Shown here one piece after another: positions 11,705-23,200 of a stretch of DNA of 64,000 nucleotides. Source of the stretch: Tortispora ganteri (lineage: Eukaryota); assembly GCA_003707115.1 (NCBI GenBank), contig PPNB01000001.1, positions 124,001 to 188,000 on the forward strand. The letters run 5' to 3'. A program made the position numbers and the translations under genes. Within the stretch, counting starts at the first letter, position 1. The number at the start of each line of letters is the position of its first letter. The notes under the pieces were generated by a model. It worked only from the letters and a program-made list of their open reading frames with translations, did not search any database and had not been told where the DNA came from.

Positions 11705-13138
11705 ATGCATACCAAATCTGACAAATTTGATTTTTCTGACGTTGAAAATGAGAAATATGAGCAAGTTAATGAGCCATTAGCACGTAAGAGACGTACGCAC
11801 AAGTTCTACTGGCTATCTGTTATGCTTACACTTCTGGGCACTGCCTTGCTCGCGTCTATTGCCACTATGTGCCATAGCAGCAACACCAAATTAACCAGAC
11901 TGCTAGGCAAACACACAGCTACTGCTAATAATGGTCAATCTTTTAGACAATCGCCTAATTTTACTCAGCTTTCTTCGTTTGGGGCCGATGATGAAGTCGA
12001 TCTTCGAGGTTCTACAACAGGACACAGCTGTCCAATCGATATTCCAATTACGTGTTCTAATGAAACCGTGCAAGAAGATTTGTGCTGTTTTAATTATCCT
12101 GGCGGATTGTTGCTGCAGACGCAATTCTGGGATGCACATCCGCCTATTGGCCCTGACAACCTCTTCACGGCGCACGGCTTATGGCCAGACAAGTGCGACG
12201 GATCATTTGAAGAGTTCTGTGATAAATCTCGCGAGGTGGCTTCAATAAAGCACGAGTTTTTGAGAGCTGGTAGAAGCGACCTAGTGGCTAAAATGTCCGA
12301 GATCTGGAAGTCGAATAACGGACTGGACGACAGGTTCTGGACTCACGAATGGAACAAACATGGCACGTGCATTTCTACGCTCAATAGCGACTGTTATCCT
12401 GCGTCTACACAACCACTGACAGATGCTATTATCGATTATTTTACCAAGGCTATTGCTCTATTTGAATCTCTGGATACTTACCATATCCTTGCTGATTCTG
12501 GAATTGTTCCTTCCCCCACTGCGACATACACTTTTGAGGAGATCATAAATGCCATCCAAGCTAAGACCGGACAGGAGCCTGTTATTAGATGCAGATCAGG
12601 TTACCTCAATGAGGTATGGTACTTTTTCCATGTTATTGGACCTGTACAGTTTGGAAAGTACATTCCGACAGGACCAGACGGCGCGAAATCCAATTGCCCA
12701 AAGACCGGCATCAAGTTTCCTCCGAAATTTGGCAAACCTCCTGGAAATCCTGGTAAGCCCGTTCCTCCTTCGGACCCTAATGATTCATTCTCTGGACCTG
12801 GAAATATCAGAGTTAGAGATGAACCTGGCTGTCTGATATCTGGTGGAAATTGGTACGCATCTGCCGGATCTTGTGCTACATACACTGCCACCAGACAATA
12901 TGAAAATGTCACGTTACGCTCTTCTAAAGGTAACTGCGGCATAGTTGGTGGAGCATTTGCCTGCTCGGCCAGTATAGATACGCCATACACATTTACTGTC
13001 TCAAAAAACGGGATACTGGAACACGACTCCAGCGTCAATTTTTACGGATCCAATGTGCCCAAAGGCATTGAGCAAGTCACTTTGTATACAGAAAAACGAC
13101 ATGCTGATGACATAGCCGTTCAGCTATACTGGGTATAG
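11705..13138 (+). CDS. RNY1: Ribonuclease T2 with fungal C-terminal extension
   Basis: CAS I FTAHGLWPD, CAS II FWTHEWNKHGTC, a Cys-rich C-terminal domain, and an N-terminal hydrophobic segment. Confidence 0.88.
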   Translation: MHTKSDKFDFSDVENEKYEQVNEPLARKRRTHKFYWLSVMLTLLGTALLASIATMCHSSNTKLTRLLGKHTATANNGQSFRQSPNFTQLSSFGADDEVDLRGSTTGHSCPIDIPITCSNETVQEDLCCFNYPGGLLLQTQFWDAHPPIGPDNLFTAHGLWPDKCDGSFEEFCDKSREVASIKHEFLRAGRSDLVAKMSEIWKSNNGLDDRFWTHEWNKHGTCISTLNSDCYPASTQPLTDAIIDYFTKAIALFESLDTYHILADSGIVPSPTATYTFEEIINAIQAKTGQEPVIRCRSGYLNEVWYFFHVIGPVQFGKYIPTGPDGAKSNCPKTGIKFPPKFGKPPGNPGKPVPPSDPNDSFSGPGNIRVRDEPGCLISGGNWYASAGSCATYTATRQYENVTLRSSKGNCGIVGGAFACSASIDTPYTFTVSKNGILEHDSSVNFYGSNVPKGIEQVTLYTEKRHADDIAVQLYWV

Positions 13139-13267
13139 AATATATTAATAATAATTTTTTCTTTAAGTGGATTTCTCTAGTAAACGCATATTGCTGCTGA
13201 CTATAAAGTGCAGCAGTATTATCTCTGTCAGGCCTCCCAACTAGTTATATTTTGACATTTTCGATCA

Positions 13268-14344
13268 ATGACTGATCTAGAGATCCAAGACACTCCTCTT
13301 GGAGATAGCGAGCCTTCGGTTTTAAATAGGATATGTAGCGCGACTAATTTTGTCAAACTTCCGCCCGAAATGATGGTTGCTGGATTTGAACGTGACACCT
13401 CAGAGGATCAAGGTCTAACCGTGCAACAATTAGTTGAGCGCAACCTCTATCAGGCTGCAGCAGATCGCATAAAGTTAGAAATAATATCTGCTGCTAATAT
13501 AGAGGCTGCATTAGACGGTTGGTATAAGCGACTAGTTTACTTGAAGAAAGCAGGTCTTTCGCGAGTCGCCACAACTGAGGCAAGAAACCTTGGCGATCTG
13601 AGCGGGCTTGATTTCCGATCGTCGGACAATAAACCTCTAGTTCCTTGGGATTTGCGAAAGCTTCTACTATTTGAAAGACTGACACAGGCTACAATTGGCG
13701 ATACGATTGCTGCTTATTACGCATTAGCTAAAGATTGCTACACGGAAAGGAACCTGACGGCTACAAAGAGCGCCCAAGACGAATGGACGGATAGACTAAT
13801 AGTACTAGGCATAGACCTAGCAGCTTGGTTGTGCAAAATGCGCTATTATTCTACTGCACAAAATGTTTTAATGTCTATGTACGAAGATCTGCCTGATAAT
13901 CAGTCTGTGGCTATAGCACTAGGGCTAATAGAAACATATTTAGGTGACGCATTTGCCGCTAAGTCGTGGTTCAGCAAAGCTAAATCTCAGAGAAATAGCG
14001 TTCTTTTGCATTCATACATATCTATTGTTGAAGGGAATTGGACTGATGCAGCTGCAATATTAAATGGGTCAATGCAATCCTCCACGGCTGACCACAACGT
14101 CATGCTGAACAATCTCGCAGTATGCAAGATATACGACGGTCAGATAGACGAGGCTATTGAACTACTCAATCAAGTTGTGAACTCGGGCTCTTTGCTCTTT
14201 CAATCTATTAAGAACCTTGCCTGGTTATACTCTCTAAATTCAGCTTCAGCAAAGAAACTCAAAAGCGACTTAATCGACTCTATAAGATTGGCTGGAACAG
14301 CTAACCTCCCTGACATCGCTTCTCTCAAATTAAATGAGAACTAA
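13268..14344 (+). CDS. TPR protein, probable TRAPP III subunit 12 (TRAPPC12-like)
   Basis: EARNLGDLS...VPWDLR motif and C-terminal TPRs (NNLAVCKIYDG, NLAWLY). Confidence 0.6.
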   Translation: MTDLEIQDTPLGDSEPSVLNRICSATNFVKLPPEMMVAGFERDTSEDQGLTVQQLVERNLYQAAADRIKLEIISAANIEAALDGWYKRLVYLKKAGLSRVATTEARNLGDLSGLDFRSSDNKPLVPWDLRKLLLFERLTQATIGDTIAAYYALAKDCYTERNLTATKSAQDEWTDRLIVLGIDLAAWLCKMRYYSTAQNVLMSMYEDLPDNQSVAIALGLIETYLGDAFAAKSWFSKAKSQRNSVLLHSYISIVEGNWTDAAAILNGSMQSSTADHNVMLNNLAVCKIYDGQIDEAIELLNQVVNSGSLLFQSIKNLAWLYSLNSASAKKLKSDLIDSIRLAGTANLPDIASLKLNEN

Positions 14345-14491
14345 GTACAGTCATTTTTACTATTACATTATACATTAATGAGCATATATAATATTGTAAT
14401 TCATATAATACCTACAACGCTGTTTTAATAGAGTCAAAGAACAAAACAAAAACAAACAATTATCTACGCACCACCCTGCATGTCCTCACCC

Positions 14492-16672
14492 TCACAGAGG
14501 TTGAACAAAATTGCTTGGTGCTAATCCAATATCACGGCTACCTTCGCCGGTATATCCGAATACTTCTACTTCCCACCATCCATCTTCTTGCTTGCGAATC
14601 ACGAGAAGCACTTCTCCTCTCTTAAAGCTCACTTCTTCTGCAGGAATCTGAGCTTGGTATTCAAACTTAGCCTTTACATAACTGATGATAGGCCTGCCAT
14701 CGCGAGATGTAGCTGGAAGTTCAACCCTTTGCCTTGAAGCCCGTTTATTGTGATATACATTCTGTGCAGACTGTGATCGTTCCATTGGCTTCTCAGCTGA
14801 AATGTCTCCAAAACCAACGTCCTTTGATAGGTTGCCATTATATGACATGGAGTGAGGAATTCTCTCTGGTGAGCCACTTCGCACCATCGTATTAGAGATG
14901 CCTCCGTTGAGCTTTTTCTCATGTAGCGCAAAATCAGTGGTTAACCCTTCGGAATTGGAGTTTGTGTCATCATTCCTGGACCACTGTTGTGGAGAATGGT
15001 TCCGTCTGACATCTCCAGGGCCTCTAGCTTTGGGAGCATTTGCAAATTGCTGAACTGAAGAGTTTTCAATGTACGATGCAATGCTCTGAGCATTGATCCC
15101 CTGAGAATCAACAGGCGACTGAAATGTGCTTTTGGAGGGAGACGAGTAGACAGAACTGGTGCTACCTGCCGTTCCAGATGTGTCCAGCTTCAAATTTTCC
15201 AATGCCTTCAGCAGTGGATCTTCTCCTGATATCAATGGAGTTGGTACTGTTTTAGATGAAACAGTACCCATAGATGATGACTTTTTCATCTCACTTCTCA
15301 CCGGTGATGCACTCCTAGAACTTGTCGCAGATACAATAAATGCCTCAGAATCTTTTGCTGAGATCTGAGAATCTGAATCCATCAAATCGGCGTGAAGGCT
15401 TTTGCTGGAATTCCTACGCTTGATATGATCCAGAAGAGATTTAGGCGGTTCTTCTTTGGCATGCATAGAAGTAGCTCTGGACCTGCATCGTCTGTCAAAT
15501 GGAGAGTACCACACTTTATTCAAATTGTCGTTTGATTTCGAATCTGAAATGAGATGGTCGGTCAATGTTTCCTCAGATACTGCAGAAGGAGGAGCCGATA
15601 GATCAGCGATTGCAATCCCAAATGAATTAACATTATCGTTAATGGAGGCTGATGTGGCCTGAGAAACTGTTGAGGCTGTACCAGGGCTCGGCGATCTATT
15701 GCTAAGACGTGAGTCAGGTCTGTTATTAAATGGAAGTAAAGTCATTGTATCCAATGGATTTACCGTGGGCTTTGTGAAGCCCAAATTAGAGCCAATTTGC
15801 CTATTGCTCTGATTTGCTTCGTGCTCTCCTTCAAGATAATTGATAAACACTGGAGCAGGAGGTTGCTCTTTACCTGTGGCATTTTCTGTAATAAACTGGC
15901 CAATGTCATCGGATACAATGCACTTCTCCAACTGTTGACGAATGTTCTCACTGGCTTGATCATCTTCAACACATACAGTTGAGCATATATTAGAATAGTT
16001 CCACAAGCTTATTTTCAAGAAATCCAATCTTTCTTCTTCCATGACCTGAAACTTGTCACAAGCAAGCTCCCATTCCACGTTCCAGCGCTCGACAGTTTCG
16101 GAAAGTGTTCTAATTGCCGCCTGATACTCGCGCTGAGAAACAGTGGCATTTATTTGGGCTTTTTCCAGGCGATCATTATTTTTCTGCAAGTCTTTACCTA
16201 GGAGCAGGTTGCTTTGTGCGTTGCATACATTTATCATGTTGCTGTCGCTCTCAAACCGTTCGCGGACCTTCTCTAAAGTGCGAGACTGAGCATTCTTGCT
16301 CTTGCGAAGTTGTTCGATAGTGCCTTCGACAGTCTTGCGGCGGTCTCGAATACTACCTGCAAAAGCACTAAGAGGCTGTAAAAGTTCTAGATAAATTTGT
16401 TCAGCGGCATTAAGATGAGTTTTGGCACTCTGTTCAGTCTCAATCCGCACTTTTTCACAAGCTTTCTTGAAGTTTCCCGATTCACCACCTCCAAGGGTTT
16501 TTCTAGACAAATGCATCATCTTCTTTGCATAATCTTCTTCAATAGCTTTCCTTTCTCTGTAGAATCCGATCATATCATCACATGTTGCTTTCGCAGCATG
16601 CATGCGATTTAGAAGAATATCGACGCCTGCATCATTAGAATCCCAAAAGTTCTTCGAAAACGATAAACTCAT
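14492..16672 (-). CDS. HOF1: F-BAR/SH3 cytokinesis protein (Hof1/Cdc15/Imp2 family)
   Basis: F-BAR start SFSKNFW...ERKAIEEDYAKK, a Ser-rich middle, and a C-terminal SH3 (QEDGWWE, GLAPSNF). ATG at 16672. Confidence 0.82.
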   Translation of the reverse strand: MSLSFSKNFWDSNDAGVDILLNRMHAAKATCDDMIGFYRERKAIEEDYAKKMMHLSRKTLGGGESGNFKKACEKVRIETEQSAKTHLNAAEQIYLELLQPLSAFAGSIRDRRKTVEGTIEQLRKSKNAQSRTLEKVRERFESDSNMINVCNAQSNLLLGKDLQKNNDRLEKAQINATVSQREYQAAIRTLSETVERWNVEWELACDKFQVMEEERLDFLKISLWNYSNICSTVCVEDDQASENIRQQLEKCIVSDDIGQFITENATGKEQPPAPVFINYLEGEHEANQSNRQIGSNLGFTKPTVNPLDTMTLLPFNNRPDSRLSNRSPSPGTASTVSQATSASINDNVNSFGIAIADLSAPPSAVSEETLTDHLISDSKSNDNLNKVWYSPFDRRCRSRATSMHAKEEPPKSLLDHIKRRNSSKSLHADLMDSDSQISAKDSEAFIVSATSSRSASPVRSEMKKSSSMGTVSSKTVPTPLISGEDPLLKALENLKLDTSGTAGSTSSVYSSPSKSTFQSPVDSQGINAQSIASYIENSSVQQFANAPKARGPGDVRRNHSPQQWSRNDDTNSNSEGLTTDFALHEKKLNGGISNTMVRSGSPERIPHSMSYNGNLSKDVGFGDISAEKPMERSQSAQNVYHNKRASRQRVELPATSRDGRPIISYVKAKFEYQAQIPAEEVSFKRGEVLLVIRKQEDGWWEVEVFGYTGEGSRDIGLAPSNFVQPL

Positions 16673-16817
16673 GATGTTTGAACAGTTATTACAATCCAAA
16701 ATGTATCTTCAAAAACTTTTATCGGTTGAACTAAATGAATCAGACAAGAAAGATAACAAAATGGCGAAAGGACAAAGGAGAAATTAAAGAGCTAGTGAGC
16801 CTAAATCGGTTATATTG

Positions 16818-16843
16818 TGTTTATATTTATCCTAATGGGGAAA
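16818..16843 (-). promoter_or_regulatory. Composite Mcm1-forkhead (CLB2-cluster) element upstream of the HOF1-like gene
   Basis: Minus strand TTTCCCCATTAGGATAAATATAAACA versus consensus TTWCCYAAWNNGGWAAWWNRTAAAYA. Confidence 0.6.
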
Positions 16844-17297
16844 CGTCCCTAATTAGTTATAAGGCCGGGTAAATTACCAGCCCTAATCCACTTTAATGCC
16901 TAGATTACTGTTCCTAACATTTTCTTGACAACCATCTACCACGCAGTCAACCACTCATAATAATTTTTGAATATCATACTACAACTATCATCATACTTAA
17001 TCATTCACGGTCCTTATTGACTTTAATTTAGCTGGTGGAGTTTATTTTCATTTTTTGATATTCATTCTGTACATTTACCCGTGCTTCATTGAAAACACAA
17101 CGCCGTTACGAACAGTGCTACCAAAGCTTTTTCCCCACTTGTGATAGAAGGCTTTCAAGTTATAATATATTCCTTCTGATATATTTCGGTTGGTATTTTA
17201 TTTCTTGAAAGTAAATAGCTATTATTGATCTGTGTCTTTTATTTCTAGTGATTTTCTGAATTTCTCCCAGGCATTTATTCAAATTACGAGGATAACC

Positions 17298-20200
17298 CTG
17301 GATTTCTCAAGCAGAGAAGTAATTGCTGCTCAAGTTTGTCTTTTAGTCAATCAGCCCGAGAGATCTCCTTCAGAATCTGTTGACTTTAAGTCTATTTTTG
17401 AACTTTTAGCTACTGTCGATTTAGAAACTTATCAAGTGGTCTTAGATCGTGTTATCTCACGTATAGACTGCAGCGTCCTCCCGGAACAACTTACTCCTGC
17501 AGAAGTCTTCTTAAAAACTGAGCTTTCTAGAGCTAAATTAGACAAACAGATTGCTCTTATCTGGTGCTCTCTGATAGATAATTATTTGTCCTCAACCCCA
17601 CTTTCACTTGGTGTTTATTTACTATTTAAGCGCTGCTTCTTTGAGCATCTCCCTGCTATTTTTGCGCTATCTGGCCGGACATCCCATTACAAGGCATTAG
17701 TTGCATCTCTCGCGTCCCAAGTTTCAGAAGCTCAATTTGACTATATTGATAATAGTCAACTAACTGCTCAAATTCAGACCGATAAAGTTTCTGACGATAG
17801 CAACATGCCTACATCTCGAATTGATAAAATTCGCGAAGCCGGCCCCACGCTACTGAAGAATCATGACTTTTTTATCAAAGAACTAACAGCAGATGGTTCT
17901 CTGACTACAATGGAGCTTGCAACCGTATTGTCATTCACTACATTTGAGCATTCTTGGTCAGGTATGTCTCTTGGGGCTTGTCTTCGTACAGCTTTCCCTA
18001 GAGAAAACTGGCCATTGATTGTTGCTCACCTTGATAAAGTACCCGATTTTGCTGTAAGATCACCTCAAGACCTTGCTAATATGTTTGTCGCTCTTCAAGC
18101 TATTGCTCCTGATAGCACACTTATACATACTTTCCTTACTGTACGATGGTCTAACGCTGTGCTTCGCAACGCTATTTTGCAACAAATTTTTCTCTTATCT
18201 CCTGAAGATTTCAACTTTGCAGATACTAATCTAGTTAAAGTCGTTTCTTCTTATGAATTTCCTGCTAATGACCATCGATTTGATATGGAAATATCGAGGC
18301 TCAGACCTGAAGTTTTAAATATATTGGACGTGATTCGTTTCCTTTTTGATTGTGCAAATGAAAGGGCTCATAACGAAATTGCTGCTACTATATTGGATAG
18401 ATCTGTAAAGATACTTCCAGAACTGATTTTTATTGGTGCATTGAAATGCCCTAAGCCTTGGACTCCATTGCAAGACAGAGCTATCACTAGCCTGTTTGAT
18501 TTGTTTTTCTCAGGACATCCCTCTGAGGTTTTTGTATTCTCAATTCTTTTTAACATTGATGAGTCTTTCTTGTTGAACATGTTCGTTGATTTATTCTCTA
18601 GAACGTCTACTGTTATGCCTAGAATTGTTGAAATTTCGCAAGAAATCGATCGAGTGGAAGAAATAGCGCGCTGCAAGTCTTTAGGCTTTTCCATAGAATT
18701 TGCTTGTGTCGCTGCAGGTAGAAACGCTCTTGCTTTGAATACATTCTTATTGGAGCGCTACGAATTGCTTGGAGAAACATTCGTTAACGCTTTATTGATG
18801 TTCTTAGATGTGCGCTCCTCGCAGGATTATTCTGATCTTCAGAGCAATCGAGATTCTGTGACTATATTATCTCTCCCTGTGGTGTCTTTTTGTTTGGCAT
18901 TTCTTTCTTCCTTATCATTGGGTCCTGAGCAAATTGAAAAGCTGCAAATCATACAAACTCAATGCTTACAAACGTATTCTCGACTTGTGAATTGGGGCCA
19001 AGGGTTTGACGACGTTATTCTCATGAATTCTAAGTCGAATTCGTTTTCTCCGTTTATTGAACGCGAAATGAAAGAATCATACCAAAAACTCTATGAACAA
19101 CAAATGACCATTGGTGACTTCATCATATATCTCCAATCACTGAAAGAATCCCGAGACCCTACAGATCAAGATGTCTTTGCATGTATGATTCACTCTTTGT
19201 TTGATGAATATAGGTTTTTCCCTCAGTACCCTGTCTCAGCTTTAGCTACCACTGCCGTTCTATTTGGTTCATTGATTCAGTATAGACTTATTGATGGAAT
19301 TGCTCTTTCCGTTGCATTTCGATACATTTTGGATGCACTAAAAGAATCTCCAGACTCTAACATGTACAAGTTTTCTCTGCAGGCTTTGCTTCAATTCCAG
19401 ATGAGATTACCTGAATTCCCAGAATTTTGCTCAGTCCTAGCACAAGTACTTACTTTGGATATGCTTCAGCCTCAACTCTATGAAAAGATCCGTGAAATTT
19501 CTCTCAGTTACAACAAAATCGCTGCATCTGACTCCAGCGTCCCAGTCCTGGCTCCGACCTCTATTTTTTCCTGCGTAAATGTCCGTCCTGATACGTCCGG
19601 TATACTTGATGAAGCTGAAGCCATAGATGATAAGGTTTTATTAATCATGAACAATGTCTCTAAGAGTAACATTGACGTTAAGGTAAAGGATCTGGTTGAA
19701 ATATTGGATATTCGTCAGTTTCGTGCATTTTCCAAGTATTTGGTTGAACGCGTTAAGTTTGAACCAAATAATCAAAAACTCTATTCTCAAATTTGCTTTG
19801 CAATTGCTAATCCACTTCTTGATTATAAGATACTACGTGAAACTTATGTTGCCATATTGAATCTTATGTCTTCTGACAACATTACTTCTTCTTCCACTGA
19901 AAGAAATCATCTTAAAAATTTAGCTTCTTGGCTTGGAATGATCACTCTCGCTCAAAACAGACCAATTTTACACAAGAATGTTTCTTTTAAGGATCTTCTG
20001 ATTCAAGGATATAATTCCGATAAGCTTATGGTGGTATTGCCTTTTGCTTGCAAAGCATTGGAGCATACAGCTAGCTCTATTATTTTCAAACCTCCTAACC
20101 CGTGGACTATGGGTATTCTGAAATTATTGGTTGAGTTTCATAGGTATGCCAACTTGAAACTGAATTTGAAGTTCGAAATTGAGGTCCTTTTCAAGGTACT

Positions 20201-23200
20201 TAAATTAGATATTGATGACCTTGATCCGTCTACTTCTCTCCGAGAAACACTAGCTGTACGTGAGCAAGTTGAAGCAACCATTGCAGCTTCTTCCATTACG
20301 AAAGGTATGGACAACCTAAGTTTGCAGCGAATGGATCAGGCCCCTCTTAGCCCTTCTAGTCGGTCTGCGATAGCTGCGGAGCCTTCTTTCAGCTCTCAGG
20401 CACTTTTGGCTGCTCGATTTGAAATCAGTGGAAGTTCGGTTTTTGCAACACAGCCACCCATGAAGAAAGTGTTTATTCTTGCGCTTGAAAAAACAGTTCG
20501 CGAAGTTATTGACCCTGTTATTGAACGTTCTATTTCTGTTGCTTGTGTCACGTCAAGATGTCTTATAGCTAAAGACTACGCTTTAGAGTCTGACGAAAAG
20601 AAACTGATGGATGTGAGTTCAAGGCTAGTTCAGCGACTAGCCAGTAGTCTGTCCATGGTCACTAACCTTGAAGGGTTTCATGCTGCCTTGGAAATAAATA
20701 TTCGAGCAATTTTGCTTTCTAGTGGAGTGCCAGAACCAAGTATACCTGCGGATTCCGTTTCAATGGCTGTTAATGACAATGCTGCTACTATATTAGCAAT
20801 TATAGATGCTGCTGTGAAATCGCGTGCTGCTCAAGAGGTAAATGAAGTAATCATTCCTTTGATATCAGCTAGAGTGCAACATCGTGAAAAGCACCCTGAT
20901 GAACCTTTCATTGACCCTGTGATTTCCAAATTTTCCCTCACATTGCCTGAACCTTTGAGCCTTTCGCTCTCTTCTGGCCCGAGCTTGCAGAGTCGTATTT
21001 ACGAGAATCTTGGTCAACAGCCTGCCGGAACTCAGTCTGTAAGACAAGGCGTTAATACGTTCTCTCCTGGAAACGTTGAGTCAATCATTCAACCCTATAC
21101 TCAATCCCCTAAATCGAATAATTTTGCTGCTTTGCTGGAAGGAGCACATGGCGATCCTAAAATTGCTAATCTTCCTGATGGAGTAAATGATGAATTGGCA
21201 GCAATCGATCAAATCATGGCAACAGTTGATAATGTAGTTAAAGAGGCTGTTGCTCAAGTCTCTACTCATTTGGAACAGCTTTGCGAATTTTGCAAAACGA
21301 GGTTCTCGAAGGACATATCTATTTCCGAACTTCCTGACGAAGGGCCAGTCAAAAATGGTGTTGCTTTAATAATAAACACTATAAATGATTTTGTTTCGCA
21401 TCCAGCTGCAGTCGAGCTTTTTGCGCTGAAGTGCTCTGAAACGATAATCAATATGCTATTCACCTATTATGATGTGAGGATTGATAGGGAAATGGTGGCA
21501 TTTTGTCTTGACAGACTCTGTGATTTGTCTCCTGGCGTCACCAGGGATATAATACGCTGGCTGGTTGAATCAAAGGATGAGAGGAAGTACAATGTGCCGG
21601 CAATTTTGACCTTAATAGAAGGTGGATTTGTCAGCCCACCTGAGTTCGATGTTCTTATTTGTGACCAGATATCAGATGAGAACCCTCTGGCAGTTTCGTT
21701 TATATGCGATCTGATATCTGAATCTGTACTTTCAACTCCCCCTATTGCTTTGCGCACTGACTTCACTGCCTGTTTACAAGCATTGTACGAATACCACATG
21801 ATTCGACCAAATAATGCAAAGGTCTCTGGTCTTTTTGAAGCGCTTTCCAATGCCAAACATACTTTAAATGACGCACCTCCTGGGCTTTCTAAACAGATCA
21901 TTAGAGAAGAAATGGGTGTTGTTTTTGCAGAATGGATCCGACTCACTCAACATCCAGCTCAAACCTCCAAATTACTGAACATATTCATTTATCAAATGAT
22001 TGAAGAAGGTGTGTTTTCTAACTTAGAGAGCTTGAGCTTGTTTTACCGGGTTGGTGTTGAAATGGCGGTCGATGGTTTCATCAAAGTTCAAGACGGCCGT
22101 ACAGGCAGTGATGAGGTATACATTCCTATTGATGCTATGGCTAAATTGATTGTGCGAAGCCTTTGTGTGATTGACTCTTCTGAGAATTCTCTTGGAGTAA
22201 GTGGCTACTTTAAAGTTGTACTTGCCGTGGTCACCGCGGTTTTTGCTCACAGACATGAGAGTATGGGAGCTTCATTCAACGAAAAACCATTTTTCCGTCT
22301 ATTCTCAAGCATGTTTTCAGAATGGAGTGCGTTGGCTTCACCCTCTTTGCCTAATCCTGGCATTGATGACTATGAATTTTATGAACAAATTAGCAATACT
22401 CTCAAAAGCATTCAACCGATTGCATTTCCCGGATTTACTTTCGCGTGGTTAAGCTTGATATCTCACAGGTCGTTCATGCCTATAATATTGTCATTTCCAA
22501 ACTGTTCCGGTTTTCCGTATATGTTTGGACTGATGGAAGCTGCACTGAAATTTTTCAGGCTATATCTAATTCCGGAAACGATGCCGAATTCGGTAAAAGT
22601 GGTGTACAAAGGATTCTTACGCATTGTACTCTTACTTTTACATGACTGTCCTGAGTTTTTGGTTGGGTATCATTATGAGTTATGCGCTCTGGTGCCTTCT
22701 GAATGTACACAGTTGCGAAACATGTTTTTATGTGCGTTTCCCAAAGCCATGACATTACCGAACCCCTTTACACCTGACATTAAGATGGAGAACATTGCAG
22801 GAATCAGTAAATCGCCTTTTATCCTTGGTGATTATGTTTCTATCTTAAGCAAAACGAAAACTAAAAGGTGTGTTGATGATATTATTTTGAACCGAGATGT
22901 CACACCGGGGAAAATATCACCTTTGTTAGAGAGTTTACGGATTCCACAGCACGACGAGCCTGGATTAGGATTCAACAAGATTTCCACAAGTTCTTTGGCG
23001 GTTAATGCTTTGATGGTATACTTGGGAGTGTTAGCAACGTCAGATTTTCGCTCTACATATGCTAATGATGATAGATCGAAGCTTAATGTGCACGGTATTC
23101 AATATCTCATAATTTCTAAGATCATTGAATATAGTGGATGGGAAGAAAGCTATTTCTTACTTAGTGCTATGGTTAATCAACTGAGATATCCGAATAGCCA

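Noticed and set aside
17211..17270. Possible intron GTAAAT...CAG supplying a NOT1 AUG exon
   Set aside because: There is no CTRAC branchpoint and no ATG in the preceding ~310 nt, so it would not provide a start codon.
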